A stretch of 64,000 nt of DNA from Bdellovibrionota bacterium (GCA_050952645.1 JBMNLI010000007.1:102433-166432), one strand, 5' to 3'; positions 10,776 to 22,315 are shown, numbered from the stretch's first letter. Notes: generated from the letters alone by a model not told the origin. Made by a program: numbers and translations.

Positions 10776-12711
10776 AGTCCTTTACACTTTCTAAATCTTT
10801 AAGCCATACGCTACAAGAAGCATCGCTAGGCATTTTAAAATCACCTCTAGGAGATAGGGAAACGCTTCCAACTTTAACTCCATCAGGCATACAGCTACGC
10901 TTAAATTGCTGAGAGAAAAATCTTTTAAAAAATACGTTTAACCATTTTAATATTTCTTTATTACTATAATCATCTTTAAACGTATTTTTAGCTAGCTCGA
11001 AAATTTTTGAAGGCGTCGCCTTATTTCTTATAAAATGGTATAAGAAAAAATCATGCAAAACGTAAGGCCCTATCTTATCTTCCGTCTTTTGAATAATATC
11101 TCCTTTGCTATCTAGTGGTAATAACTCGGGAGATATTGGTGTATCAAGAATATCGTTTAACACATTAAAAATTTTTTTATCTATATCTGCATCTGCATTT
11201 ATATCATCTCTTGTATTATCCCTAATGTGCGCAATTAAGTATTTTACAAGAGTTTTAGGGATTGAGGAGTTCGCGGCATACATGCTCATATGGTCGCCAT
11301 TATAAGTAGACCAGCCAAGAGCAATTTCGCTCAAATCGCCCGTTCCAATAACTAATCCTCCCTCTTTATTAGCTATGTCCATTAATATTTGAGTCCTTTC
11401 TCTAGCTTGAACATTTTCATAAGTCGTATCGTAAATGTTTGCATCATGGTCTATATCTTTAAAATGTAGTAGTGAAGCCTCTTTTATATCGATTTCTTTT
11501 AAAGTAGTGCCATAAACTTTAGCTAGTTTAAGAGCATTTTGATAAGTCCTGTCGGTAGTTCCAAAGCCTCTCATAGTTATAGTTATAATATTTGAGTTAT
11601 CTATATTTAATTTTTTATTTGCTCTATCGATCACTAATAATGCTAAGGTAGAATCTAACCCTCCAGATAATCCTATCACCGTTTTGTTAATTTCCGTATG
11701 TTTCATTCTTTTAGCTAGACCACTGCTTTGAATGTTTAATATTTCTTCGCATCTTTCTTTTCTATTTTTTTCCTCAACTTGAATGAATGGAGTTTTTTCG
11801 TATCGTCTATTTAATGTTTGTTTAGCATTGCTAAGCACGAAAGGAACGTATCTAAAATTATCTTTTTTAGCATCGTTTATAAAATTTATTCTATCGTTAA
11901 TCAACTTAGAAACATCGATATCTCCAGTTATAAGTTCACCATCAAAATTAAATCTTTCTCCTTCGTTTATTAGTTTTCCAGCTTCATAAATAATATTAGC
12001 ACCACTAAAAACTAAATCTGTAGTGCTTTCATTTATATTATTAGAAACGTAAACGTAGCCTGTAAGCGTTTTGCTAGATTGAACTTTGATTAAATCGTGT
12101 CTTTTTTGATGTTTAGAAACTAGTTCATTACTAGCAGCTAAGTTGAATATTAAGTTAGCACCACCTAATGCAAGTTTGCTACTATTAGGATAGATGCTCC
12201 ATAAATCCTCACCAATTTCTACACCGAAAGCGTATTTATCATTCTTAAATATTAAATCTGTGCCACAGCTAACTTCTTCATCATCAAAGATAAAAGTTTT
12301 AACTTGAAGTTCGTTTTTAAACCATCTTTTTTCAGAGAATTCATTATAATTGACTAAATTAGTTTTAGGTATCACTCCTAGAATCTTGCCTTTATTTATT
12401 ACAACGGCGCAGTTATGCAATCCGCCGTCTATTAAAATAGGAGCACCTACTATAAAGGTAATATTTTTCTTAGTAGAATATTTTTTTAAATTTATTAGCG
12501 ATTTCTTACTAGCATTAATTAAGGTTTCTTGTAAAAATAGGTCGGCACACGAGTAGCTAGTAATGGAGAGCTCACCAAAAGATAAGATATCGACTTTTTG
12601 CTTTACAGCTTTATCGACCATTTTTATTATTTCATCAGTGTTGTAATCGGTATCTCCAACTTTTAATGAAGTATTAGCACCACTAACTCTAATAAAACCA
12701 AATTTTTTCAT
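10744..12711 (-). CDS. nadE: Two-domain (glutamine-type) NAD+ synthetase
   Basis: Nitrilase-fold N-domain plus GLSGGLDS, ENVQARERT, GTGDLSE, SQQFKRS; likely start MKKFGF at 12711. Confidence 0.95.
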   Translation of the reverse strand: MKKFGFIRVSGANTSLKVGDTDYNTDEIIKMVDKAVKQKVDILSFGELSITSYSCADLFLQETLINASKKSLINLKKYSTKKNITFIVGAPILIDGGLHNCAVVINKGKILGVIPKTNLVNYNEFSEKRWFKNELQVKTFIFDDEEVSCGTDLIFKNDKYAFGVEIGEDLWSIYPNSSKLALGGANLIFNLAASNELVSKHQKRHDLIKVQSSKTLTGYVYVSNNINESTTDLVFSGANIIYEAGKLINEGERFNFDGELITGDIDVSKLINDRINFINDAKKDNFRYVPFVLSNAKQTLNRRYEKTPFIQVEEKNRKERCEEILNIQSSGLAKRMKHTEINKTVIGLSGGLDSTLALLVIDRANKKLNIDNSNIITITMRGFGTTDRTYQNALKLAKVYGTTLKEIDIKEASLLHFKDIDHDANIYDTTYENVQARERTQILMDIANKEGGLVIGTGDLSEIALGWSTYNGDHMSMYAANSSIPKTLVKYLIAHIRDNTRDDINADADIDKKIFNVLNDILDTPISPELLPLDSKGDIIQKTEDKIGPYVLHDFFLYHFIRNKATPSKIFELAKNTFKDDYSNKEILKWLNVFFKRFFSQQFKRSCMPDGVKVGSVSLSPRGDFKMPSDASCSVWLKDLESVKDYEDSYFRWLF

Positions 12712-12977
12712 AGGCGCTACCTTTAAAAAAGTTATAAATTTTAGAATCTCCATTTCTTAGCTTATCTTCTTCTTTGTTTTTTCTTTTAACTTATTTTCTT
12801 AAAATATTTTTTTTAACAAAAAGCATTTAGTTTAATTTAACAATCTCTCGCACGATAAATATCCGTGATAAATATTTATGATAAATATTTATGATAAATA
12901 TAATGTGATAAAAAAAATGCTACAAGCTAAAAAAAAATTTTAACTTGTAGCTGTATAGTCGATTTCTTAAAACTGTT

Positions 12978-14093
12978 TTAAGCACACTGCATGCCAGCAG
13001 TGCCTAACAGTGTAAGCATATTCCCTACAATCTTTGCTAAGTTAGAAAGAAGCAGAGCCTTAGGAATATTTTTTATTTCCGGCGCAATGGCAATGATGTC
13101 CTTCGGCAATGTTCCACAGCTCGAAAGCGCAAGCAACGTTTTTAATGTTTGGTCTAGCGCAAATGGTTGCGAAGTAGCAATAAGGGCGATGAAGTCTTTA
13201 GGAGTTGCTTTAGATTCTTCATCAAGTCTTTTAAGTTCTTTAAAGAACTCGATAACGGTATCCTTAGTTGTCGGAGCGTTATCTTTTTGACTCTCACGGC
13301 AAGTTTTAACTGCGCATAGTTTCTTACTGAGGCTATCGTAAATTTCAAGACAATCTTTAATCGTTACGTTAGCCTCACGCATTAAATATTGCAAAGTAAG
13401 ATCGCTATTTCCTGTTTTCTTTTCACGTGGATCTATGCAATCTTGACCGAGCGTCAGTTCTACTAATTCTCGGTGCATAAAAATTGCTTTCATAGCGTCG
13501 AACTCATTGTCGTAAATCTGCAAATCAGGCGAAATTTTCGCTAATAACTCATTTTCTTCTTTTGTGAGTTTGCGGTCACTTCCTAGAAGCCCTACTACTT
13601 GAATGTTTGGTTCTATGCCTGATTTTTTTAGCACAGCAAGCTGTATCAAAAAATAGTAAAAACGTTTGCAAACGTTTGGGAGTGATGAGCCAAACACCAT
13701 AGCAATAACGTCAGAAGATTGCTTATCAGCAAACGCATCCTTATTAAAGCGATAGGCATTATATAATAATGCTTCAATGTCGTTCCTTTCTCCTTCACTA
13801 AACGACGTTAAATCAATGGGAGCATTTAAAAGCTTAGCAAACTCTTCGTTATTAGCGTTTAGCTTCATAAAATCTTCAAGAAGTGTAAAGATTTCTTTAA
13901 GAGTCATTTCTTTAAGGTTGTTCGGCTCTTTCCCAATAAGACATTCCTTAATTAACTTAATTAAGATGTCGTTAGGTTTAATAACAACGATGCCATCATT
14001 TTTTTCTTTAATTTCGATAAATGGTGCTAAAGGGTTGCTAGCCAATAATTGACGCAATAATAAACACAACTTATCTTGCTGCAATCTATCCAT
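12978..14093 (-). CDS. Hypothetical protein, possibly distant DUF218/HUP-fold
   Basis: 371-aa ORF; spaced motifs VFGS, LGSDRKL, NEFD, PTTKDT, TSQPF. Confidence 0.6.
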   Translation of the reverse strand: MDRLQQDKLCLLLRQLLASNPLAPFIEIKEKNDGIVVIKPNDILIKLIKECLIGKEPNNLKEMTLKEIFTLLEDFMKLNANNEEFAKLLNAPIDLTSFSEGERNDIEALLYNAYRFNKDAFADKQSSDVIAMVFGSSLPNVCKRFYYFLIQLAVLKKSGIEPNIQVVGLLGSDRKLTKEENELLAKISPDLQIYDNEFDAMKAIFMHRELVELTLGQDCIDPREKKTGNSDLTLQYLMREANVTIKDCLEIYDSLSKKLCAVKTCRESQKDNAPTTKDTVIEFFKELKRLDEESKATPKDFIALIATSQPFALDQTLKTLLALSSCGTLPKDIIAIAPEIKNIPKALLLSNLAKIVGNMLTLLGTAGMQCA

Positions 14094-14291
14094 TGCATTT
14101 CTCTCTTTCTAGCAAGAGTAAAAACTTGTTAGAAGTTCTTTTTTTTTAAGAACTCCGAAACCTAAAAGGGTTCGACTGATAAAAAAATTATCAGTGTTCC
14201 TCTAAAAACGATAGTATAGCATTTTTATTTTTTAGTCAAAATTAGCAGGTTTATTTTCATTTTAGAAATAGCCATGAAATAAGCTTTATTG

Positions 14292-15527
14292 TTAAATCAC
14301 AAATTTTCCTTTCTTGATAATATCTATCTTCTCTCCATTCCTAGTTTCGGCTGTTACATCGACCTCAGGAGATGAAATCATGATATCTTTATGAAAATTA
14401 CTAAAATTAAATCCTTCGTTTTTGAGTTCTTCCCTAGTCATCTTTTCGCTTCCTTTAATAATATGCTCGAACCCATGACCTAAAGCGATATGACAAGCCG
14501 CATTTTCATCAAAAAGAATCTCTTCAAAAATATGTCCACTTTGAAAAATAGGGGAGTCGGTGCCAACTAAAGCGACTTCACCAAGTCTTGAAGCCCCGTC
14601 TTCGGCTTCAATAAAACTAGCAAAATTTTCTTTTCCATCGGTAGCATCAAAATCCGTAACTACGCCATTAGTAAAAGTCATCCTTAAATCTCTTACTTGC
14701 TTTTCACTAATAAGAACTGGGCGAGTAGCTTGCACGGTTCCCCTTACCGTTCTCCAATCTGGAGTGGTATAAATTTCCTCAGAGGGAATATTTGGCTCAA
14801 ATGATATTCCATCGTCTGTTATCGTGGAACCACCAGCAAACGTAGCTTTAGGAGAAAGCCCAATGTATAAATCTGTATCTGGTCCTTTAAAATGGAATTC
14901 TTTTATATTTAAAGAAGATAATTTTTCTATGCGTGATTTTATTTCTTTATCTCTTTTTAGCCAAAGTTCTAAACAATCCTCTTTGTCAACTAGGCATATC
15001 TTAAAAATTTGCTCCCATAAAGCACTTTCAGCTTCTTTTTCCGTTAAAGAAGGAAAGATTTTTTTTGCCCATTTAGGAGTTGCCATAGCGGCAATGCACC
15101 AAGTAAATTTTTTCTGCCCGATGCCCTCTTCATAAAATTTTTTAGCGGCTCGTTTTACAGCAAGATCCCGAGCAGTAATTTTTTTAGGGTCTTCATTGCT
15201 TAAAATATCTGGGTCTTCTTGGCAATGAAGTCTTAAGGTTGAAATTCTTTTTTCTACAAATTCATCAAATTTTTTAACTTGATAATCGAGCATTAAACTT
15301 AAATCTTCAATATTTGTTTTGCTTATGCGAAGCTTTTCTATTCTACTATCGATTAAATCTAAATATACCGCTTTTGCCCCCATATCGTAGGCTTTTTCTG
15401 CTATAAGCACGGCAAAATCTCTGCCATAACATTCAACTTGAATATTTAAAATCCCGCCTTTTTGTATATTAACGCCATGAGTTAAAATTAAATCTGCATA
15501 CCTGTTAAGTAAAATATCCATATCCAT
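14292..15527 (-). CDS. M29 family aminopeptidase (AmpT/PepS-like)
   Basis: PNIPSEEIYTTP, LGEVALV, LFDENAACHIALG, HKDIM. Confidence 0.92.
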   Translation of the reverse strand: MDMDILLNRYADLILTHGVNIQKGGILNIQVECYGRDFAVLIAEKAYDMGAKAVYLDLIDSRIEKLRISKTNIEDLSLMLDYQVKKFDEFVEKRISTLRLHCQEDPDILSNEDPKKITARDLAVKRAAKKFYEEGIGQKKFTWCIAAMATPKWAKKIFPSLTEKEAESALWEQIFKICLVDKEDCLELWLKRDKEIKSRIEKLSSLNIKEFHFKGPDTDLYIGLSPKATFAGGSTITDDGISFEPNIPSEEIYTTPDWRTVRGTVQATRPVLISEKQVRDLRMTFTNGVVTDFDATDGKENFASFIEAEDGASRLGEVALVGTDSPIFQSGHIFEEILFDENAACHIALGHGFEHIIKGSEKMTREELKNEGFNFSNFHKDIMISSPEVDVTAETRNGEKIDIIKKGKFVI

Positions 15528-15828
15528 AAAGTAAATTTCCTAAAAAAACCATACTAGTATTATGCTAATCCGATTAGAGTTCTTTTTCAATCTAAAAGAT
15601 ATAGATATTATCGGAGTATTCTATTAAAAAATAAAGGAAGAAAATAAAATAAAAAATAAGGCTAAAATAATGACGAAAATAAATAAAAAAAATAAATAAA
15701 AAAATAAAGAATAAATAAAAAATAAAGAAAGAATAAAGAAAAAAGCTCCTCATATAAAATATAAAATAAAATATAAATATGAGAAGCTTTGTTAAATGTG
15801 TTTAGTTAAACGTATTTCCTTAAGTCGA

Positions 15829-16188
15829 TTATGAGTAGGCTATTATAATTCCTAAGATATATTCTTTAACTGCCGCCCTTGTCGCTTCTATCTCTCCATT
15901 AGAAACTTTTTTCATAACATCGCTAGGCGATATGCTATTAGCTATAAGAGGGACGCTTTGACAAATTTTGCTTTTTAGCGTCGATTTGATTAATTGCGGC
16001 ATGCTTTTATATATATGTAAGCATTTGTCTAATCCATTTTCATCAAGCAGTACTTTTCCTTTATTATAAAGAGTGATAAATAAGTTGCATAAATACGGAA
16101 ACGTTTTTTGTAGGTCTAAACCTTTTTCCATCCCTAGTGCTTCTATAAGCCTTAAAGCTTCTTGTTCGCTTCCTAGATTTTCTTTCAT
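15829..16188 (-). CDS. Hypothetical protein (paralog of 16474-16854)
   Basis: 119-aa ORF sharing an LxExGLxxCxxIY motif with its neighbour. Confidence 0.6.
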   Translation of the reverse strand: MKENLGSEQEALRLIEALGMEKGLDLQKTFPYLCNLFITLYNKGKVLLDENGLDKCLHIYKSMPQLIKSTLKSKICQSVPLIANSISPSDVMKKVSNGEIEATRAAVKEYILGIIIAYS

Positions 16189-16215
16189 TTCTTATTTTCT
16201 TTCTACTAAAAAAGA

Positions 16216-16371
16216 TGTTCTTTACGTTTTAAGGAATTTACATAAAACAAATTGCTTTATATATAGCTATAATTTTAAAAAAATCTTTATTTAGCCGAAC
16301 ACTAAAGCCAATTTTCTTTTAAGCTAACAAAAAAACAATTTTTTTTCGGCTCACTTAAAACGTGAAGAGCC
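16216..16371. mobile_element. ISL3-like MITE copy (diverged)
   Basis: Ends TGTTCTTTACGTTTTAAGG and CACTTAAAACGTGAAGAGCC; interior homologous to 42507-42730. Confidence 0.75.
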
Positions 16372-16473
16372 AAAAATAATGGTGGAAAATAAAAGTATTA
16401 TAAAGGAGCTTCTTAAGAGTTTGCTTGTAATTTAAACTATAAGAAGCCCCATAGAAACTCCCTTATGTGAAAG

Positions 16474-16854
16474 TTAATTTTTACTACTTTGTTCTTGACT
16501 TTGTCTGTTAATAAATGTTTCTATCGCTTTTTTATCTAGTTTTAACTCCCTCCTAGCGACATTTTCCAAGCAAAGCTTAGTAATAGGGTTGTTTTTGTCA
16601 TACCCTAAGGATCCACAAGCAGACAAAACGAACCTCTCCTTGTTTTGGTATATGCGTATACAACTTTTTAGTCCCTCTTCATTTAGCTTTGTTTTGTGGG
16701 ACAAATAACGTTCCAAAATTAGGTAAAACAAAAACTCATATGCATCTAATCCGTAAGATTTCCTATGTTTTTCGATAAATTCTTTTATATTATTTTTAAC
16801 ACGCTTAAGGGATTTTGCCTGAGCACCTCTATTCACTATTTTTACTTTTTTCAC
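16474..16854 (-). CDS. Hypothetical protein (paralog of 15829-16188)
   Basis: 126-aa ORF with the shared motif. Confidence 0.6.
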   Translation of the reverse strand: MKKVKIVNRGAQAKSLKRVKNNIKEFIEKHRKSYGLDAYEFLFYLILERYLSHKTKLNEEGLKSCIRIYQNKERFVLSACGSLGYDKNNPITKLCLENVARRELKLDKKAIETFINRQSQEQSSKN

Positions 16855-17174
16855 TTTTTATTTGCTTTCTATGACAAATGCAATGAAAATAAAAACCCTT
16901 TGTTAAGAAAAAATTCCTTAACAAAACCATAATTTTCCGTTAGTTTATCTTTTAGAAAATATTTAGTCAAGTAAAAGGCAATGTAATTTAAATAGTGTAA
17001 TTTAAATAATATAAATTAAATAATGCGAGTTTTATATTGATGTGCAATAATACTAATAATTTACTAATATAAGAAACAAATGTATTATTTTAAGCATCAA
17101 AGTTTTAAATATAAAAATTTCAAGCATAAAAAATAAGTGTGAAAAAACGAGCATTTAATAAAAAAGATTAGTTT

Positions 17175-17732
17175 ATGACTAGGAGATTTAAAAGAGAGAT
17201 AAAAGTTTCAAAAGATGGAGTTTTAGATACTTCAAATAGGCCTAATACATCGTCCGATAATTATTCTTATTACGTCCATTCTAAAGAGCGAGAATCATAC
17301 CAGCATAAAAAATCTGCTTGGGATCCTAGTCGCTCCTTTACTAATCAATACGAAGAAACGATAAGAAATAATATCGATAGCTTAACCTCATACACTAATA
17401 GCAATATAGATAGCAAAAGCGTATTCGGGGAAAATGTTTATGGGGGACAAGAGTTCGATATAGACAAAAGAATTTTAGGAAGCGATGACTTAGGGCGCAT
17501 GAATATCACTAAGGAAGAGTTAGATGATTTTCTAATTAAAAGAAGAAAACAAAATTCTTCACTATTAGCCCCCTTATTTAGTAGCAACTCTTATACACAT
17601 TTAAAAGTTAAAATTTTAATAATAATAGCAGGACTTTGCATTTTTGGAACTTTAATAGTTGGCGCTAAAACGACTAAGCATAGTAATTCCTTAACTTTTC
17701 AAAAAAGTTCACCTAAACAAATAATCAATTAA
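17175..17732 (+). CDS. Hypothetical protein with a C-terminal TM helix
   Basis: 185-aa ORF; ILIIIAGLCIFGTLIVG. Confidence 0.6.
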   Translation: MTRRFKREIKVSKDGVLDTSNRPNTSSDNYSYYVHSKERESYQHKKSAWDPSRSFTNQYEETIRNNIDSLTSYTNSNIDSKSVFGENVYGGQEFDIDKRILGSDDLGRMNITKEELDDFLIKRRKQNSSLLAPLFSSNSYTHLKVKILIIIAGLCIFGTLIVGAKTTKHSNSLTFQKSSPKQIIN

Positions 17733-17833
17733 AATAAATAAGAAATAATCGTTAAATTATGCATTTTTTTACTTGCATCTGTGTATTTACTATGCTATAC
17801 TTTTAGTGCAACCGTTAACCTAAAGGAGGTTTT

Positions 17834-19522
17834 ATGAATTACAATCGAACAGTTCCATTACCAGAGCAAAGAAATAAAATAATTATAAGAGAAAAAGGGG
17901 AAGCAAAATATGTGCTTTTTGAATACGATCGCACTTATAATAAAGAGAAACAGTATACTAATCCAAAGCGTAGCGTTATTGGAAAATTAGTTGATGGTAG
18001 AGATGATATTATGTACCCTAATGACAATTATAGTAATTATTTTCCAGATGCCCCTATGCCCGAGAAATTTTCAGACGCTTCACGCAGTTGTTGTCTTCGT
18101 ATAGGTCCCCACTTGGTGATTGAAAAAGTAGCAAATGAATTTAATTTGCCTTTTTTACTAAAAAAACATTTTGGTGAACGTAGTGAACTTATACTTGATT
18201 TAGCGAGTTATTTTATTGTAAATGAAGAGAATGTCAGTCAGTATTATCCAGACTACGCCTTTTCTCATCCACTCTTTACAAAAGGTATGCGCATCTATAG
18301 TGATTCTACCATAAGTCGTTTTCTTTCTTCTGTTAGCAAAGAGCAGATAATTAACTTTCTTGACGATTGGAACAAGGGAAAAGATCGCAATCAAATGGTT
18401 TACGTTTCATATGATTCGACTAATAAGAACTGTCAAGCAGGTGATGTTGAATTAGTAGAGTTTGGTAAAGCGAAAGACGAAAAAGGATTCCCAGTATTTA
18501 ATTTATCCATTGCCTTTGATCAAACGAATAGAGTTCCGTTATTTTACGAAGAGTATCCTGGTTCTATTACAGACGTTTCTCAATTTACTCATATGGCAGA
18601 TAAGGTTATAGAGTATGGATATAAAAAGATAGGATTTATTTTAGACCGTGGTTATTTTAGTAAATATAATATTCAATATATGGATAATAGTGGTTTTTCT
18701 TTTTTATTGATGGTAAAAGGGTGTAAGGCTTTAGTTTCTAAATTAGTAGAAGAAAACAGGAATACATTTGAGTCTAAAAGAGACTGTAGTATTCGCTTAT
18801 ACAAGGTATATGGCACTACAGTGAAATCAAAATTATATGATGATGATAGTAAGGAGCGTTATTTTCATGTTTATTTTAGTGCGGAAAAGCAAGCATTTGA
18901 GAGGGAGCAACTAGAAATTAAATTAGAGGAGTTTGAACAATTTTTAAAAAACCATATTGGCAAAGATACAAAGTTTGGACAAACGTATAAGCAATTTTTT
19001 GATTTAAGTTATGACAATCAAGGAAAGTTAAGAAAAGTAGAAGAGAGAGCAGATGAAATTCAAAAGGCTCTTAATTTATGTGGGTATTTTTGTCTTGTTA
19101 GTTCGGAAGAAATGAGTGCTAAAGAAGCTATAATACTTTACAAGGGTAGAGACGCAACTGAGAAACTTTTTGCTATTGATAAGACTTTTTTAGGCTCAAA
19201 AAGTATGAGAGTTCATTCATCTCAGGCAGTATCTGCTAAAATTTTTATAGAGTTTATAGCACTTATAATTCGCAATCGCATTTATATTCTACTTAATGAA
19301 GAACTTTCTAAGCTAACAAAAAAGCCAAACTATATGAATGTTCCTGCCGCATTAAAAGAACTTGAAAAAATTGAAATGGTAAGAGGGAGTAAGGATTTAT
19401 ATCAGCTGAGCTATGCAGTAAGCAAAAGACAAAAAACTATATTAAATGCGTTTGATATAGATGCTGATAAGGTAAGATTAAAAGCTGCTCAAATAAATAA
19501 AAAATTACAAAAAAAATTTTAG
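17834..19522 (+). mobile_element. IS1634-family DDE transposase
   Basis: 562 aa; YDSTN, ILDRGY, Y-x2-R-x3-E (YKGRDATEKLF); AAGGAGG RBS; element ends not resolved. Confidence 0.85.
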
Positions 19523-19791
19523 GTGAACTTTTTTGCAAAGTTAAGGTAATTATAAGCATGGCAATTATCAACGTGGCAATTATCAAGAAGAAAAGTACTA
19601 TTATAACGAGTATGATTTCTAAATCATAAAAATTAATTATCTTAAGATACGTGGGTTGAGTTTCAAGTAAAACTTTATTATTATTTTATCGTGGCTTTTA
19701 TAGCATCTTTTATGTTTTTTTTATATCATTTCTTATATCGTTTTATTTTTAAATAATTTATTTTTTTCATTTTAAAGGTAAAAAGTTTTTT

Positions 19792-21138
19792 ATGATAATA
19801 ATGAAGTTTGGGGGTTCTTCCGTTGCAAATGCTGAAAGAATTTTAGAAGTAAAAAAAATAGTAGAAAAATATTTAGATAAAAAACCAGTGTTGGTATTTT
19901 CAGCTTGTTTTCAAACGACAGATTGGCTTATAGAAGCTGGGAATAATGCGTTAAATGGCAATGTCGATGCTAGTAAAATAGTAGATTTTCATAATAATCT
20001 ATTAAAAGATTTAAAACTAGATGGTGCGAAAATAAAGCCACTCCTTGATGAAATTGAAGATTTGTTAAAGAGCATTTCTCTATTTAAAGAATTTACAAGT
20101 AGGATAAAAGATAAACTTATGTCTTATGGGGAACGATTATCCGTAAGGATAATTTCAGATTATTTTAACGCTAAAGGGATAAAAGCTAAGGCGTTTGATG
20201 CTTGGGATATCGGCTTTTTAACCGATGCTAATTATGGGAATGCGCAAATAGACGTAGCGACTTACGATAATATAAATAAGAAGCTAGGATACTTAAAAGA
20301 AAATTATGAATACACCCCAATAATTACAGGGTTTATAGCTAAAGATAAAACCGGCACTATAACTACGCTAGGAAGAAGCGGAAGCGATTTTTCAGCATCT
20401 ATCTTAGGAGCAGCACTTTTAGTCGATGAGATTCAAGTTTGGAAAGATGTCGATGGAATTTTAACTGCTGACCCAAGAATAGTTAAAGAGCCAAAAGTTA
20501 TATCTTCTCTTTCGTTTAATGAAGCCTCGGAGCTTGCCTACTTTGGAGCTAAAGTGCTACACCCTGCCTCCATAGTTCCAGCTATGCAGCGTAATATTCC
20601 AGTAAGAGTAAAAAATTCTTATAATATTGATGCTAAAGGGAGCGTCGTTCTTAGTGAAGAGTTGGTAAAAAAATCTGATAGCTCTAAAGGGACTATTAAG
20701 GCTATTACAGCTAAAAGAAAAATAATTTTAATAGATATAGTCTCTACTAGAATGCTAGGACAATCTGGCTTTCTATCAAAAGTTTTTAATATATTTGAAC
20801 AAGAAAACATTTCAGTTGATATGATATCAAGCAGTGAGATATCTATTTCACTAACGATAGATAATAGGTATGATGTGCAAAAACTTTCTGAGCTTCTTTC
20901 TGAATATGCTAACATAAATGTTAGCTATAACAAATCGATTATAACTTTAATTTCAGATGCAAAAGATACCTCTTTAATATTAGGTAAAGCGTTTTCTTTA
21001 CTAGCTAGTAAGTCTTATAATGTGCAAATGATTTCTCACGGTGCTTCTAAAGTAAATATTAGTTTTATTTTAGAAGATAGCGAGATAGAAGACGCAGTTA
21101 GGCTTCTTCATAAAGAGTTTTTTGAAAATGCGGTTTAA
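19792..21138 (+). CDS. lysC: Aspartate kinase
   Basis: MKFGGSSV, TTLGRSGSD, DVDGILTADPR, GAKVLHP, two ACT domains. Confidence 0.93.
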   Translation: MIIMKFGGSSVANAERILEVKKIVEKYLDKKPVLVFSACFQTTDWLIEAGNNALNGNVDASKIVDFHNNLLKDLKLDGAKIKPLLDEIEDLLKSISLFKEFTSRIKDKLMSYGERLSVRIISDYFNAKGIKAKAFDAWDIGFLTDANYGNAQIDVATYDNINKKLGYLKENYEYTPIITGFIAKDKTGTITTLGRSGSDFSASILGAALLVDEIQVWKDVDGILTADPRIVKEPKVISSLSFNEASELAYFGAKVLHPASIVPAMQRNIPVRVKNSYNIDAKGSVVLSEELVKKSDSSKGTIKAITAKRKIILIDIVSTRMLGQSGFLSKVFNIFEQENISVDMISSSEISISLTIDNRYDVQKLSELLSEYANINVSYNKSIITLISDAKDTSLILGKAFSLLASKSYNVQMISHGASKVNISFILEDSEIEDAVRLLHKEFFENAV

Positions 21139-21223
21139 TCAAATTGTAATAAAATAAATTGCAAAAAAAAAAGTAAAAAAATTAAATTATTACTAAAAAT
21201 ATAAATAGGAGGGAAATGAAAAT

Positions 21224-22315
21224 ATGGATAAATCAAAAGTATGGAAAATAAATCTTACTAAAGATGCTAGTGTAGATGAACTAAAAGAAAAAACTTCTAA
21301 GCTTTTACAAGCTTCTAATTTATTAAAAATAATTTCTAAAAATAAGCTAGTAGGAGTAAAGCAACATTTCGGAGAAAAAGGAAATAAGGGCTATATAAAG
21401 CCTGAAATTACTAAAGTCGTGTTAAATAAGGTAAAGGAAAGGCTTGGGAAACCTCTCTTGATAGAAACTAACACTTTATATAGAGAGGGTGAACGCTCAA
21501 ATACGTTCGACCATTTAAAAATAGCTTATGAGCATGGATTTAATTATGAAAACGTTGGTGCCTCTATAGTTATAATGGACGGCTTAAATGGGCAAGTGCA
21601 ACGAAGTGTTAAGATAGGTGGAAAGCATTTTAAGGAGGTTTACGTTGCATCAGACCTTCCTTTTTTCGATTCTATTATAGTTTTATCTCATGTTAAAGGA
21701 CACGCCTTAGCTGGATTTGGAGGGGCTATAAAAAATATGGCGATGGGGTTTGCTAGTCGCTCTGGCAAATTGCTTCAGCATGCAGATTTTAAACCAAGCG
21801 TAAGAAAGAAAAAATGCATCGCTTGTGGTTTATGTGAAAGCGCGTGTGCTTACGATGCTATTAAAATAAAAGATGGCGTTTGGTGTTTTGATAAAGAAAA
21901 ATGCGTTGGCTGTGCTTGCTGCTACACATCGTGCCCTAAAGAAGCGATATCTTTTAATTGGGGGGGAACTGACGATATATTTCAAGAAAAGCTAGCAGAA
22001 TACGCTTTTGGTGCTATTAAGGATCATCGCAAAAATGGAAAGGCTATTTTTATAAATTACATAAATCATATAACCGCTCAGTGTGATTGCGAATTAGGCG
22101 AGAATCCTGTCATATATCCAGATATTGCGATTTTAGCTAGTGATGATCCTGTGGCTATAGATAAAGCGAGCTTCGATTTAACTAAAGAAACTTTTGGAAA
22201 AGATATTTTTAAAGACCTTTGGTCTCAAACAAATTGCACAAGAAAACTAGAACATGCCAACGCCTTAGGACTTGGAAATTTAGAATACGAGATAGAAAAT
22301 ATAGAAGATATTTAG
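21224..22315 (+). CDS. DUF362 protein with 2x[4Fe-4S] ferredoxin domain
   Basis: KQHFGEKG, SHVKGH, GGAIKN; CIACGLCESAC and CVGCACCYTSCP. Confidence 0.88.
   Translation: MDKSKVWKINLTKDASVDELKEKTSKLLQASNLLKIISKNKLVGVKQHFGEKGNKGYIKPEITKVVLNKVKERLGKPLLIETNTLYREGERSNTFDHLKIAYEHGFNYENVGASIVIMDGLNGQVQRSVKIGGKHFKEVYVASDLPFFDSIIVLSHVKGHALAGFGGAIKNMAMGFASRSGKLLQHADFKPSVRKKKCIACGLCESACAYDAIKIKDGVWCFDKEKCVGCACCYTSCPKEAISFNWGGTDDIFQEKLAEYAFGAIKDHRKNGKAIFINYINHITAQCDCELGENPVIYPDIAILASDDPVAIDKASFDLTKETFGKDIFKDLWSQTNCTRKLEHANALGLGNLEYEIENIEDI

Noticed and set aside
15620..15790. Purine-rich and pyrimidine-rich intergenic tracts (also 22360-22510 and 28655-28850) as structured RNAs
   Set aside because: Low complexity with no conserved motif beyond weak terminator-like stems
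17735..19660. Defined IS1634 terminal repeats, or IS1634 as the MITE's transposase
   Set aside because: No convincing TIR pair or TSD could be read, and the flanks do not match the MITE ends
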